Shown piece after piece: positions 1-10,012 of a stretch of 64,000 nt of DNA (its first letter is position 1; each line of letters begins with the position of its first letter). Origin of the DNA: Eledone cirrhosa (Eukaryota); the NCBI GenBank assembly GCA_964016885.1, contig OZ024740.1:100502001-100566000 (forward strand), given 5' to 3'. The translations under genes and the position numbers were made by a program. The notes under the pieces are model-generated. The model was not told the origin of the DNA. It ran no database searches and worked only from the letters and a program-made list of their open reading frames with translations.

Positions 1-341
1 GGTACCCGACCTCCCATGGGTACATGCTGAAGCATATAAACAATATGCCCCCCCCCCCCCCCCCCCCACCGCAAGGTGGTCGTGGAGGTGCCACGGCAAA
101 AAAGCACCCAGCCCACACTGTAAAGTGGACGTGTAGGCGCCACGAAAAAGCACCCAGCACTCACTGTAAATGAGGTTGGTGTTAGGAAGGGCATCCAGCT
201 GTAGAAATCAAGCCAGATCAGTTCCTGTATGAGCAAGGCATGGTCAGCCGACCAGACACTGCCCACAACAGGACAACCCGTCTAACCCATGCTAGCGTGG
301 AAGAACGGACGTAAAACGGTGATGATGATGATGATGATGAT
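1..341 (+). mobile_element. 3' end of young RTE-clade LINE (last codons, 3' UTR, (GAT)n tail); continues upstream of the window
   Basis: Nearly identical to 31437-31768 and 12474-12790; ends ...GGACGTAAAACGGT(GAT)n. Confidence 0.93.
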
Positions 342-660
342 TTTATGTATCCGTTGCTTAGAGGGATTACTTTTCAGATAATATTTCATTTTAATTTTAT
401 TCAATTCTTTTTTCCAGTTAGTTCTTGTCTCGTTGCCTCTTCCTCCAACAACAGTAGTAGTTGGATAAGGGCCAAATCCTTGCAACTGTGCCAGGGAACA
501 CTTCCAGCCTCCTTCATACTGTTATTTGAATAATTTTGGTTCGACTTTTAAATACTCATAAATAGGATTAGTGAGTTTAAGTTTGCACTACCACCAGTAG
601 TTTTATTGTGAAACCATTACTAGAGGATTGAGGTGGGTTATGCAGCTCTGGACACTATAG

Positions 661-3600
661 TATTATTATTATTACAGTTGCATTTATCTTGCTTTATGTT
701 CATACGAGTTATCACCAAGTCACAACCAGTGACCTCAAGAGACAACAAGGTCCGCCATGTTCAAGAAAGAACATACATATTCACACATGCATCTTTAGTG
801 TTTAGACTTGTGATGTACTTATATTGACAGAATCTTCCTTAGTATATGGACAGTTCCCATTAGTACTATCTTTTGTATTTCTCCTATACGCGGGTTTCCT
901 GGGATTTGCGATAAGTAATCATTAGACCCCTTAGGTATCATTCCCAGAGCGCCTACAACCACTGGTATTGTTTTAGTTCTCAATTTCCACATTTTTCCAA
1001 TTTCTATCTCCAGGTCCTTATACTTGCTCAATTTTTCAAATGTTTTTATAGATACATTCTTGTCTATTGGAACAGACATATCAATTAGCAGGCATACCCT
1101 CTTTTTAAAGTCCTTCAATATTATATCAGGTCTATTTGCATCTATTTTTCGGTCTGTTTGGATGCTAAAGTTCCACAAGATTGAGATGTGATCTTTTTCA
1201 AGTATGGGAGGTGGTTGATGCTCCCACCAATTCTTTTGATGGGGCAGGTCAAAATGCTTACACATTATCCAATGTATGTATTGTGCAGCTCTGTCATGCC
1301 TGTTTAGGTATTCGGTTGGAGCTATAGGACTGCACATTGAAATTATATGGTCAATGGTCTCTGGTTGTTTTTTGCATACACGGCATAATGGGCTGCATCC
1401 ATTTTTTATTATGTTGGCTTGGTAATTTTTTGTTGGCAGACACTGATCTTGTGCTGATATAATCAGTCCTTCAGTCTCCGATTTCAGTCCAGAGGATGCC
1501 AACCACTGATGGGTTAAAGGTTTGTCAACATCAGGATTGTTAGCTCGCTCTGGGTATTTTCCATACAGAGGCTCTTCTTGCCATTTCTTAGCCAGTTTCT
1601 GTAGCAGTTCTTTCTTTGCAGTTACTTTTACCTGCTTTGCTTTTTCTGTGTTTTCCATTTCAGCAGTAAATGGGACTTCTGAAATTTGTAGTCCATTACT
1701 GTATCTTTGTGCATCTTTTGTAATGGAATATGATCTTTTGATGCTTTCGTGTTTCAAAACGAGTTTGATCATCCAATCATGTGATTCCCTTAGATATGTA
1801 GATAATCCAATTGTTGCAGTTTTCAACGCAATGTCTAACTGGATTAACCCACGTCCTCCTTCTTTCCTAGGGAGATATATTCTATCTATATCTGCCTTAG
1901 GGTGGTGCATTCTGTGCATGGTTAAGAATTTTCTCATTTTTGTATCGAGCCTACGGATCTCTGTGCTTGACCAGTTGATGACATTGTAACTGTAGGTTAC
2001 TACTGGTATGGCAAGCGTGTTTATGGCATCGATCCTATTCCTTGCATTCAATTCCGTTCTTAAGATTGCTCTTACTCTGCGGTAACATTCCTTCCTTATC
2101 CTTTCCCTCATTGTCGAGTGCTTGATTCCGTCTCCTTCACAAACACCTAGATATTTGTAAGTTTTTTCTTGATCAAGTTCTCTTATCACGTTCCCCCGAT
2201 CAATATTAATGTCTGAACTCTTCAGCAGCTTTCCTCTGGTGAACGTTGCTTTGGCGCATTTATCTAGTCCAAACTCCATTTTAATGTCACCACTGAACTG
2301 CTCCACAGTGGATAATAGCCCTTGCAATTGTTCATCATTTTTTGCAAATAGTTTCAGGTCATCCATGTAGAACAGGTGATTAATGGTTTTGTCATAGACT
2401 TTATATCCATGTTTTGTTTCATTGAGCATTTTACTTAATGGTATAAGTGCGATGCAGAATAAAAGCGGTGATACAGAGTCACCCTGAAAAATTCCACAAT
2501 TAATATTAACTTCTCCAGCTTCCAGTGATTTTGTTTCACTATTCAAAAGGAGTGTCGTTTTCCATGTCTTCATACTGAATGACAAAAACCTCCTGACAAC
2601 GGGGGATATTTTGAAAATCTCTAAACATGTTTCAATCCAACTTGATGGCAAACTATCGAATGCTTTTTTATAATCTATCCAAGCAATCGATAGATTTTTG
2701 TGTCTATTATGACAATCTTCCAGTATCATTTTGTTAACCAGAAGCTGATCCTTACAGCCATATGAGCCTCGTTTACACCCCTTCTGCTCAATGGGAAATA
2801 GGTCATTTGTTATCAGGTGGTCATATGTGTATTCAGTTAGGACTGATGTTAAAATTTTATACATTGTGGTCAAGCAAGTTATCGGTCTGTAATTTTTTGG
2901 ATTGTTTGTCTCATCATTCTTCGGAAGCAGGAATGTAATGCCGTTAACTAGCCATGATGGTATCTTTTCTGGCTCCTTAACTATTTCATTGTAAAGTTGG
3001 GCTAACAGCTCATGAGACTCTGTGAAGGCATTTATCCAAAAGTTTTGTATTTTGTCTTTTCCTGGGGATTTCCTTTTGCTGGTTTTTCTTAGAGCCAAGC
3101 GCAACTGTTCAACTGTTATATTTTCCCATATTTGTTCCTCAAGGTGAGCTGTATCTTTCATTTGTCTGTCTATCCATGGGGCATGTATGTTATGAACTTT
3201 TTCTTCGGCCCAGATCTTTTCCCAGAATTCTTGCACTTCCTCCTTGGGTGGTATTGATTTAGCAGTTATTGTTGACTTACCAATTTTTCTGTAGAAGTTT
3301 CTTTGGTTGTTTTTGAACATATTATTGTCCTTATAGAATCTAGATCGTTTTTCAAAGCGCCTTATATGAGCAGCTTTGGCCAACACTTTTTGCTTGATTA
3401 TTTCTATCAGCATGTCTATGTCACATGTTGATTTTATACTGTACTTTTTTTTCAATTTTCTAAGTTTAGTTTGTTTAACATGTTCACCTACTTTATTGTT
3501 TGTTAAAATTTCTATGTCAGATCGGAGAAGGTTTATTTGGCGATTGATGTTCTCTTGCCAAGTAGATTTCTTGTGGGAATTCCTTTGTTTTTTCATCTTC

Positions 3601-4060
3601 ACTCCACATAAGTGAGTGGTGACTTTAGCCGATGCATAATAGAGATGATTTAAATCAGTAATGTTTAGTTTGTTTGTGATGATAATGTTTTTGAGAATTA
3701 TGTTAGTCTTGTGTATTATCTTTTGGTTCTGTTTGGAGTTCTGGATCTTAGGGAGGGTGACTAGTTTCCCCATGTCAGATTCTTTCATTTTCATCCATTC
3801 GATCATAATTTCATCCTTCAAGTTGGCAAGTTCATTCTCATTCATTTCTTTATCATTTACGATCTCATTATTTTCATTTGGAGTTTCATCCTGAGCATGC
3901 AATCCCTCCACTTTTTCGTTCCTTTCTTTAATTTGTTCTGTTGCCAGTGATTCCGCCCCAACCCTGGGATTCGAAGTGTTACAATTTACCTCGTTTTCAC
4001 TGACACATGTTTCATTTTCCCTTCGCTGACTTTGTGCTAATAGCTTGATCTGATCAATGT
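661..4060 (-). mobile_element. R4/Dong-clade non-LTR retrotransposon (RLE type), 5'-truncated, inserted in (TAA)n
   Basis: Single RT-CCHC-RLE ORF, ~145-nt 3' UTR (673-818), (TAA)n at the 3' end (661-672) and at the 5' junction (4060-4078). Dong elements are known to target TAA repeats. Confidence 0.88.
819..4058 (-). CDS. R4/Dong-like polyprotein: reverse transcriptase, CCHC zinc motif and PD-(D/E)xK restriction-like endonuclease (N-terminally truncated)
   Basis: Motifs NYRPITCL, WIDYKKAFDS, GIFQGDSVSPLLF, HLFYMDD, CRVC..ETIDHIISMC, RHD and RPDIIL..LIDMSVP..KLSKY. The frame stays open from the listed GTG at 3911 up to the microsatellite junction (IDQIKLLAQ...). Confidence 0.92.
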   Translation of the reverse strand: MDQIKLLAQSQRRENETCVSENEVNCNTSNPRVGAESLATEQIKERNEKVEGLHAQDETPNENNEIVNDKEMNENELANLKDEIMIEWMKMKESDMGKLVTLPKIQNSKQNQKIIHKTNIILKNIIITNKLNITDLNHLYYASAKVTTHLCGVKMKKQRNSHKKSTWQENINRQINLLRSDIEILTNNKVGEHVKQTKLRKLKKKYSIKSTCDIDMLIEIIKQKVLAKAAHIRRFEKRSRFYKDNNMFKNNQRNFYRKIGKSTITAKSIPPKEEVQEFWEKIWAEEKVHNIHAPWIDRQMKDTAHLEEQIWENITVEQLRLALRKTSKRKSPGKDKIQNFWINAFTESHELLAQLYNEIVKEPEKIPSWLVNGITFLLPKNDETNNPKNYRPITCLTTMYKILTSVLTEYTYDHLITNDLFPIEQKGCKRGSYGCKDQLLVNKMILEDCHNRHKNLSIAWIDYKKAFDSLPSSWIETCLEIFKISPVVRRFLSFSMKTWKTTLLLNSETKSLEAGEVNINCGIFQGDSVSPLLFCIALIPLSKMLNETKHGYKVYDKTINHLFYMDDLKLFAKNDEQLQGLLSTVEQFSGDIKMEFGLDKCAKATFTRGKLLKSSDINIDRGNVIRELDQEKTYKYLGVCEGDGIKHSTMRERIRKECYRRVRAILRTELNARNRIDAINTLAIPVVTYSYNVINWSSTEIRRLDTKMRKFLTMHRMHHPKADIDRIYLPRKEGGRGLIQLDIALKTATIGLSTYLRESHDWMIKLVLKHESIKRSYSITKDAQRYSNGLQISEVPFTAEMENTEKAKQVKVTAKKELLQKLAKKWQEEPLYGKYPERANNPDVDKPLTHQWLASSGLKSETEGLIISAQDQCLPTKNYQANIIKNGCSPLCRVCKKQPETIDHIISMCSPIAPTEYLNRHDRAAQYIHWIMCKHFDLPHQKNWWEHQPPPILEKDHISILWNFSIQTDRKIDANRPDIILKDFKKRVCLLIDMSVPIDKNVSIKTFEKLSKYKDLEIEIGKMWKLRTKTIPVVVGALGMIPKGSNDYLSQIPGNPRIGEIQKIVLMGTVHILRKILSI

Positions 4061-4078
4061 ATTATTATTATTATTATT
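4060..4078. repeat. (ATT)n microsatellite separating head-to-head Dong(-) and Tx1(+) elements
   Basis: Seen directly: tattattattattattatt. Confidence 0.95.
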
Positions 4079-4287
4079 GGCGACCTACGTAGGAAATCGT
4101 ATTATCGTGAGCTCCGCAAAGGTTTGTTATTTCCGTTTGTTTAAAAATTGCCATTTATGGAAAATTTTATTGTTAACTGTTTATAAGCACACATACATTG
4201 TTTTCCGAAAAGGACACCTAAAAAGATTGGGGCCTTGTGCCCAAAATTTTAACTTTTATTATTATCAAAAAATTTCTTTGAAAAATA

Positions 4288-6269
4288 ATGGCTACTTCAC
4301 CTCTGCACAAAGCAGGTGAAAGCCTTCTTCACAAAATAACACCTCACACCGAGACCACCATTGTAAATGTTACTACGTTTTCCAACACAAAAAAAAATAT
4401 AAGCAGTAGCAATATTTTAAATTTGTCTCAGGCAGACATTCATTTCCCGCCATTACCAATGACTGCAGGTGTTAAAGCCTCCACCACAACCACCACCGCG
4501 ACAACCACCACCACCACCGCGACAACAGAAACAAAAGAAGAAAAAAATAAATTAACTCGTGATGTCGAAATGAAATCAAGCAAAATGGACTCTTCCCCAC
4601 CAAAGACGACTGACGTCACCACCACCACAACTGAAACTAAAATTAATATTAACGATAGCAACAACAACAACAATGACATTATAACCCCCCCCCCCCCTCA
4701 GTTTCGCCAGAGTAACAAAACAATTCGAAGCATTTACCGTAACTCAAGAAGATTTAGAAAATGCCAAACAAATGGTAAAGAAAGATGCGTACAGGGTCAG
4801 CCTCACCCCCCACCTAATAAAATGGAGTATCGGCGCCTATGCACCGTGTCGTATAGAACAATAAATGTAAAATCGCGCCGAGTGGAACGGGCATCCGAGT
4901 CCCAAATCCAAAAAGCTTTGGGGCATGTGTGGGCAAGAAAAACCCACATCAGACGTGGGCAAAAGTATGGAACCGTGGATGTGTTCTTTGAAACACCAGA
5001 GGAGGCTAGAGAACACTCCATGGCCCCATTAAAAAGTGACGACTTCACACTCGTCCCAAGCTATTGTGGCCAGAGACTCGTAAAGATCAGGGTGACCCAC
5101 GTTCCACCGGCCATCGAAATTCCCTGGCTAATAGCGGCTGTCCTCGCCGGCATCGAGGCCAACACGAAAATAATAACAATAGCAAAAGAAAAGCAGGAAA
5201 ACTGGTCCGGATCTGGGATGGAGCTCCTGATCCAAGCGGACCAAAAAAGCATTGAGGAGATCCCAGAGGTAATAGACCTCACTGACGGCAGCCACCTCAC
5301 GGTAATTGTCGAGGGCAGAAGACCTAGGTGTGTCGTTGTGGTGAAGGAACCCACCTAAGGGCTTTCTGCCCTCAGGCTAAAAGGTTGAGGCCACCTCTCC
5401 TACCCACCCCAGTGACACAACCATCAACACCACCAGTAGCAGAGATGGCAGCAACAACTGTAGCAGCAACAACAGAAGCAACTATAACAGCAACAACCCC
5501 AGCAACATTAGCAAAATCAACACCACTACCACCACCAGCAAAACCAACACCACCACCACCCAACGCTTCAGAACTAGCACCAGCGCCTACACCATCCACC
5601 ACACCACAACCAAAACTAACGGCTGTGGAGGATTTTCCACTCCCCGGCCTATCACAACTGGAGACAGATTGTGATGACGAGGAGTGGGAAACGATATCCG
5701 GTAAAAAAAAAAGAAACCAAAAAAGAAAAAATTCTCTTCCTTCCCCCTCCAAAAACAAAATACAGAGGGAAACAAATAAATTAAGAAACAAAAAAGTTAG
5801 GACAGATATGCCACCATCCACACCAGCATCACCAACCCCATCAACCCAAACACCAACACCATCACCATCATTAACCCCAGCACCACCATCACCTACACCA
5901 CAAAAGTCACCAAAATGCGAAACAGAAACAAACCCACAACAAACGCAAACAAAACAAAACAACCAAAACGATACACACTACACAGCATTAAATTTGAACA
6001 ACAAGCAATTCTTACACTACATCCAACACAACACCAGCATCACAGAAAAAGACTACACAACAACCCCAAAATTCACACCACCTCCACACATACAAATCAC
6101 TCGCATCACACAGAAAACGTACATGACACTAAAACAAAAATTCCCCAAAGACATCGGAGACTTCCGACAAGCACTCTCCAGGAGGATTTATAAGGACATC
6201 CTTTCTGAGGAGGCCACAAGCAGTGAAAAGGATGGAAAAACCGTCCTTCCCCTACGAGAAGTAAGGTAA
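4288..6269 (+). pseudogene. Tx1-like ORF1 (RRM-like core, CX2CX4HX4C knuckle, Pro/Thr-rich region), split by frameshifts
   Basis: Homologous to ORF1 at 15087-16935. Frame changes at poly-C 4685-4697, poly-C 4806-4811 and 5331; RC-CRCGEGTHLRAFC is restored by a -1 shift. Confidence 0.82.
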
Positions 6270-6303
6270 GTGGTCTTTCCCATCTTTTCCACTCCTTTTC
6301 AAC

Positions 6304-9300
6304 ATGATCTCACTCAGAATAGGCAGCATAAATGCGCGTGGCTTGGGGTCGCCATGGAAGCAGGGCCACCTGCTAAACGACCTCAGGTCACTAAACATAG
6401 ATGTATTGGTCATCAGCGAGACCAGAATCTCCGAAGCACAGGCTTTCGCACCGATCTTCGGCGGCTACGATGTGTACGCATCTCCCAGCCGTCCGAGATC
6501 GGGGGGAGGAGTTGCTGTGCTTTTTCGGAGAGGTTTGGATCTTGCCATACGGGCCATCTTCCTGGACCCAGAAGGTAAGTTGGTGGTGCTGGACGTGACC
6601 AGCGGAGACGGGCAAGCTTTCAGGTTAGTGGCCGTCTATGCCCCGACAGGAGCAGGGCGGCCTGATTTCTTCCGGCGTCTGGAGACCTTTCTTGGAACGT
6701 CCCGCTCTTTAGTGTTAGTGGGCGACTGGAACGGGATCTTAGATGCACGCTGGGATTGTGTGGGATTAGTGGATAGGGAAGGAGGGTGCAAGAGTCTCAC
6801 CAACCTGGTCAGACGTTGTGAACTGTTTGACAGGTACCGAATGGATTTCCCGAATGTACCAATGTGGACTTGGACAAATCGCATAGGGTCATCCAGATTA
6901 TATCTAGATAGAGTATTTTGTAGGGAAATAGATAGGTCTAGCATAGGCTGTCCACAATTCAAGATAGTCAGCTACACGGACCACAAATTCGTGATCTGTG
7001 TGCTTGACTTAGATAGGCTTCATAGACGAGGACCCGGCTACTGGAAGCTAAACGCGTCCTTACCAGCGCGCAAGGCCTACAGAGACCGGATTAGCGAACT
7101 AGTTAAGCGGGCGTTGACGGGGGCCATCGTCAACAACAAGTGGTGGTTTGCTCTGAAAAGAGCAATTAGAATAGAGTCCATTAGGTTTCGTAAGACTTTA
7201 GCAATAGAGAAAAATAGAGCAGAGGGAGAATTAGTTAGAAAATTAGATGAGGCGCTTAGCAAAGGCATCGCGACCGACGTACTTGCGGAGAAATTGGCCC
7301 TTGACCAATTCTTCAATGCAAAGCACGAAGGCTGCGTTGTCAGAGCTAGGGTGCGTGCTCTCAGACACGAGGGGACGAAAGCCGTTCAATGGGCCCGAGT
7401 GGCGGAGGCGCGTCGTGGCAACAAAGCCACGATCCGGTCTTTGGTGGACCACGACGGGCGCATGCTACTCGATCCCGGGAAAATGTGTGAAGCTTTTCAG
7501 CGACACTTCGCTCAACTGTTCGGGGGCAGTGGCGGGCCGGATCGAGGGATGGACTTTAGTGTCTACCTCGACGGACTGCCGCGGCTTTCGGCCACTGAGG
7601 CGGAGTGTTGCGAAAAGCCGATAACAACCGCTGAAGTACGGGATGCAATGACTAGTTGCACAAGGGGTAAATCGCCTGGTTTGGATGGTCTGCCCTATGA
7701 ACTTTACGTACAAATGCCAAACTTGTTCGGAGGCCTCTTCGCGTACGTCTACTGCAACTGGCAACAGAACGGGAGAATTCCCAGCTCTGTGAGCCGAGGA
7801 GCGGTGGCGCTGCTGAGAAAGGATCCGAACAAGGGGGATAACATAGATAATTTTAGGCCCATAACTCTGCTAAACACAGAGTTCAAGATTTTGGCCAAGG
7901 TGCTAGCAAAGAGGTTGGCGCTTGTCGTTGGTGGTCTGGTGGGAGAAGCACAGACATGCGCCATTCCCGACAGATCCATCCACGACAACCTCCACCTCAT
8001 GCGATACATCGTAGAGAGGGTAGCTAGGGAACCTGGCACGGGTGGGTCTTTGATCAATTTAGATCAGTCGAAAGCCTTCGATAGGGTCGACCATCGTTAC
8101 CTAACGGCAGTCCTGAGGGCGGCTGGCTTTGGGCCCGTCTTCAGAGGCTGGATCGCTGCCATGCACAGCGACATCTGCTCTGTAGTGAGAGTGAACGGTC
8201 ACCTTTCGGAACCGTTCAACATCGTGCGCTCGGTCCGCCAAGGATGTCCCCTCTCGTCCCTATTGTACGTATTGACTCTCGAGCCATTACTGCACAAACT
8301 GGAGACGTTGAGGGGGGTCCCGCGCGAACTAGGATGCGGAAGATCCGTGTCAGCATATGCCGACGATGTCACCGTAGTGGTGTCGAACGCCAAACACATC
8401 GAGGCGATCGGCACTACACTAAGAGAATACGAAGCAGTGACAGGAGCAATGATCAACCAGGAAAAGTCAGTGGGCCTGCAGCTCGGCACCTGGAGAGGCA
8501 GGTCCATGCCGTCCAACAGCGTCGTCGGGCGCTGGACAGACGGACCGGTTAAATTGCTAGGGGCCTGGTTCGGTCCAGACCTCCAGATGGACAAAAACTG
8601 GGACGAGGTGACGAGCAGGGTGGCTTCTCTCACCCAGAAATGGGCCGAGAGGAAGCTATCCCTGAAAGGTCGAGCGGAGGTGGCGAATGCGTACATCGCA
8701 TCCGTCATCTACTACCGCCTGACCGTCGTACCTTGTCCTAAGCCCCGCCTGACTGCGCTGGAGCGTTTGCTCTTTCGCTTCTTGTGGAAGGGACGCGCTC
8801 CAATGGTCAGGCGGTCCATCTGCTGTCAACACCCGCTACGTGGAGGGCTGGGCATGCCGTGGCTGATGATGCGCAGACACGCGCTCAGGCTACGACATCT
8901 CCACCTCTTCCTCGACGGTGATCAGGTGTGGTCGCCGTTTGCTAGACGCATTTTTCCCCAGCTCGTCTCCTTGACGGAGCTGCAGTCCTGGGTCAAGCGA
9001 AGACCGAGAGGGAGCGCTTGGAGACTGGAATGTCTTCAGGCGCTCACAGCCCTCGACCAATCGGGCAATGTGATCGGTGGAAACTCCCCCTTGGCGTTCT
9101 ATAGTGTATTAGTGGAGGGGAAGAGCGACGACGTACTTGGAGAAACTCTAGGCGTCGACGAAAATCAACTAGCCAATCTCTTCGGAAGGACTTTCGGGCC
9201 GGGGCCTATGGACAACTTCCAGAAATCCCTGGCCTGGCAGTGCTACCGAGGAGCTTTGCCAGTTCGGGATAAACTCTACAGGCATGGAGGTGCCGTCAGC

Positions 9301-9723
9301 CGGGCATGTCCGAGATGCGCGCAGGGCGACGAAACCGTCCTGCACGCACTCGTCCAGTGTCCGAGCATTGCTGACTTGTGGGTTTATGTCGAACACCTGC
9401 TGTCACGTGTAGGACGGATCCAGCTATCAGCTGAGTCCATCGTGAGGATTGCCCCGCCCCCTTCCTTTAGCCGGGAAGGGCAGGCAGTTTTTATCTGTCT
9501 GGTGGCCATGGCGAAAGAGATAGAATGGTGGACACGTTTGAAAGGGCTGAAGACGAGCACTTACCTCTTCGGTGATGCCCTGATTAACTTTTTCAAATTT
9601 CATTTGAAAAGGAAAATCAGGGTAGAGAGGGAAGTGCTCTCTTCCCAGCATTTTGTTGAAAGATGGGTGAGAGAAGCAAGTATGGCCCGAATGAATGGGC
9701 CTTCTCTGAGCATGTGTCTGTAA
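6304..9723 (+). CDS. Tx1/L1-like ORF2: APE endonuclease, reverse transcriptase and C-terminal zinc-binding domain, intact 1139 aa
   Basis: SINARGL, SET, VYAP, GDWN, YLDRV, YTDHK, GYWKLN, KSPGLDGL, NFRPITLLN, LDQSKAFDRV, VRQGCPLS, AYADD, CPRC..ETVLHALVQC. Confidence 0.96.
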   Translation: MISLRIGSINARGLGSPWKQGHLLNDLRSLNIDVLVISETRISEAQAFAPIFGGYDVYASPSRPRSGGGVAVLFRRGLDLAIRAIFLDPEGKLVVLDVTSGDGQAFRLVAVYAPTGAGRPDFFRRLETFLGTSRSLVLVGDWNGILDARWDCVGLVDREGGCKSLTNLVRRCELFDRYRMDFPNVPMWTWTNRIGSSRLYLDRVFCREIDRSSIGCPQFKIVSYTDHKFVICVLDLDRLHRRGPGYWKLNASLPARKAYRDRISELVKRALTGAIVNNKWWFALKRAIRIESIRFRKTLAIEKNRAEGELVRKLDEALSKGIATDVLAEKLALDQFFNAKHEGCVVRARVRALRHEGTKAVQWARVAEARRGNKATIRSLVDHDGRMLLDPGKMCEAFQRHFAQLFGGSGGPDRGMDFSVYLDGLPRLSATEAECCEKPITTAEVRDAMTSCTRGKSPGLDGLPYELYVQMPNLFGGLFAYVYCNWQQNGRIPSSVSRGAVALLRKDPNKGDNIDNFRPITLLNTEFKILAKVLAKRLALVVGGLVGEAQTCAIPDRSIHDNLHLMRYIVERVAREPGTGGSLINLDQSKAFDRVDHRYLTAVLRAAGFGPVFRGWIAAMHSDICSVVRVNGHLSEPFNIVRSVRQGCPLSSLLYVLTLEPLLHKLETLRGVPRELGCGRSVSAYADDVTVVVSNAKHIEAIGTTLREYEAVTGAMINQEKSVGLQLGTWRGRSMPSNSVVGRWTDGPVKLLGAWFGPDLQMDKNWDEVTSRVASLTQKWAERKLSLKGRAEVANAYIASVIYYRLTVVPCPKPRLTALERLLFRFLWKGRAPMVRRSICCQHPLRGGLGMPWLMMRRHALRLRHLHLFLDGDQVWSPFARRIFPQLVSLTELQSWVKRRPRGSAWRLECLQALTALDQSGNVIGGNSPLAFYSVLVEGKSDDVLGETLGVDENQLANLFGRTFGPGPMDNFQKSLAWQCYRGALPVRDKLYRHGGAVSRACPRCAQGDETVLHALVQCPSIADLWVYVEHLLSRVGRIQLSAESIVRIAPPPSFSREGQAVFICLVAMAKEIEWWTRLKGLKTSTYLFGDALINFFKFHLKRKIRVEREVLSSQHFVERWVREASMARMNGPSLSMCL

Positions 9724-9968
9724 ATTAAAGGTGGAAAACTGGGAGAGGGCACTTGCCCTGGTGGTCAGGGCCACTGTGGTCTTTTAATGGGCTTTCTCCA
9801 CAAATGTCCCTCGGAAGTCTCCCCCCTATTGGGGAATTTTTCTTTGTTATTTTATTTCAAACTCTGTTTTTTTTTGCACGCAGAAATGCCCATTTGTACC
9901 GTCGTGTATTGTCCTGTACTGTCCTTAATGTCTACTTTATGTAAACCCTTGTGGTTAATAAAGAAAAC

Positions 9969-9969
<1 letters not shown>

Positions 9970-10011
<42 letters not shown>
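9970..10011. repeat. (ATT)n tail/target between Tx1 and RTE
   Basis: Seen directly. Confidence 0.95.

Positions 10012-10012
<1 letters not shown>

Larger units (their letters stand above)
4079..9969 (+). mobile_element. L1/Tx1-clade LINE, subfamily A, near full length, flanked by (ATT)n
   Basis: ORF1 with CCHC knuckle, intact APE-RT-zinc ORF2, structured 3' UTR ending AATAAAGAAAAC followed by (ATT)n at 9970-10011. Confidence 0.9.

Noticed and set aside
342-660. Possible host exon between RTE and Dong
   Set aside because: Short ORFs on both strands without recognisable motifs or a convincing splice-site pair.
5061-8708. Many antisense and alternative-frame ORFs over the Tx1 element
   Set aside because: Shadow ORFs from GC-rich or A/C-skewed coding sequence; no independent motifs.
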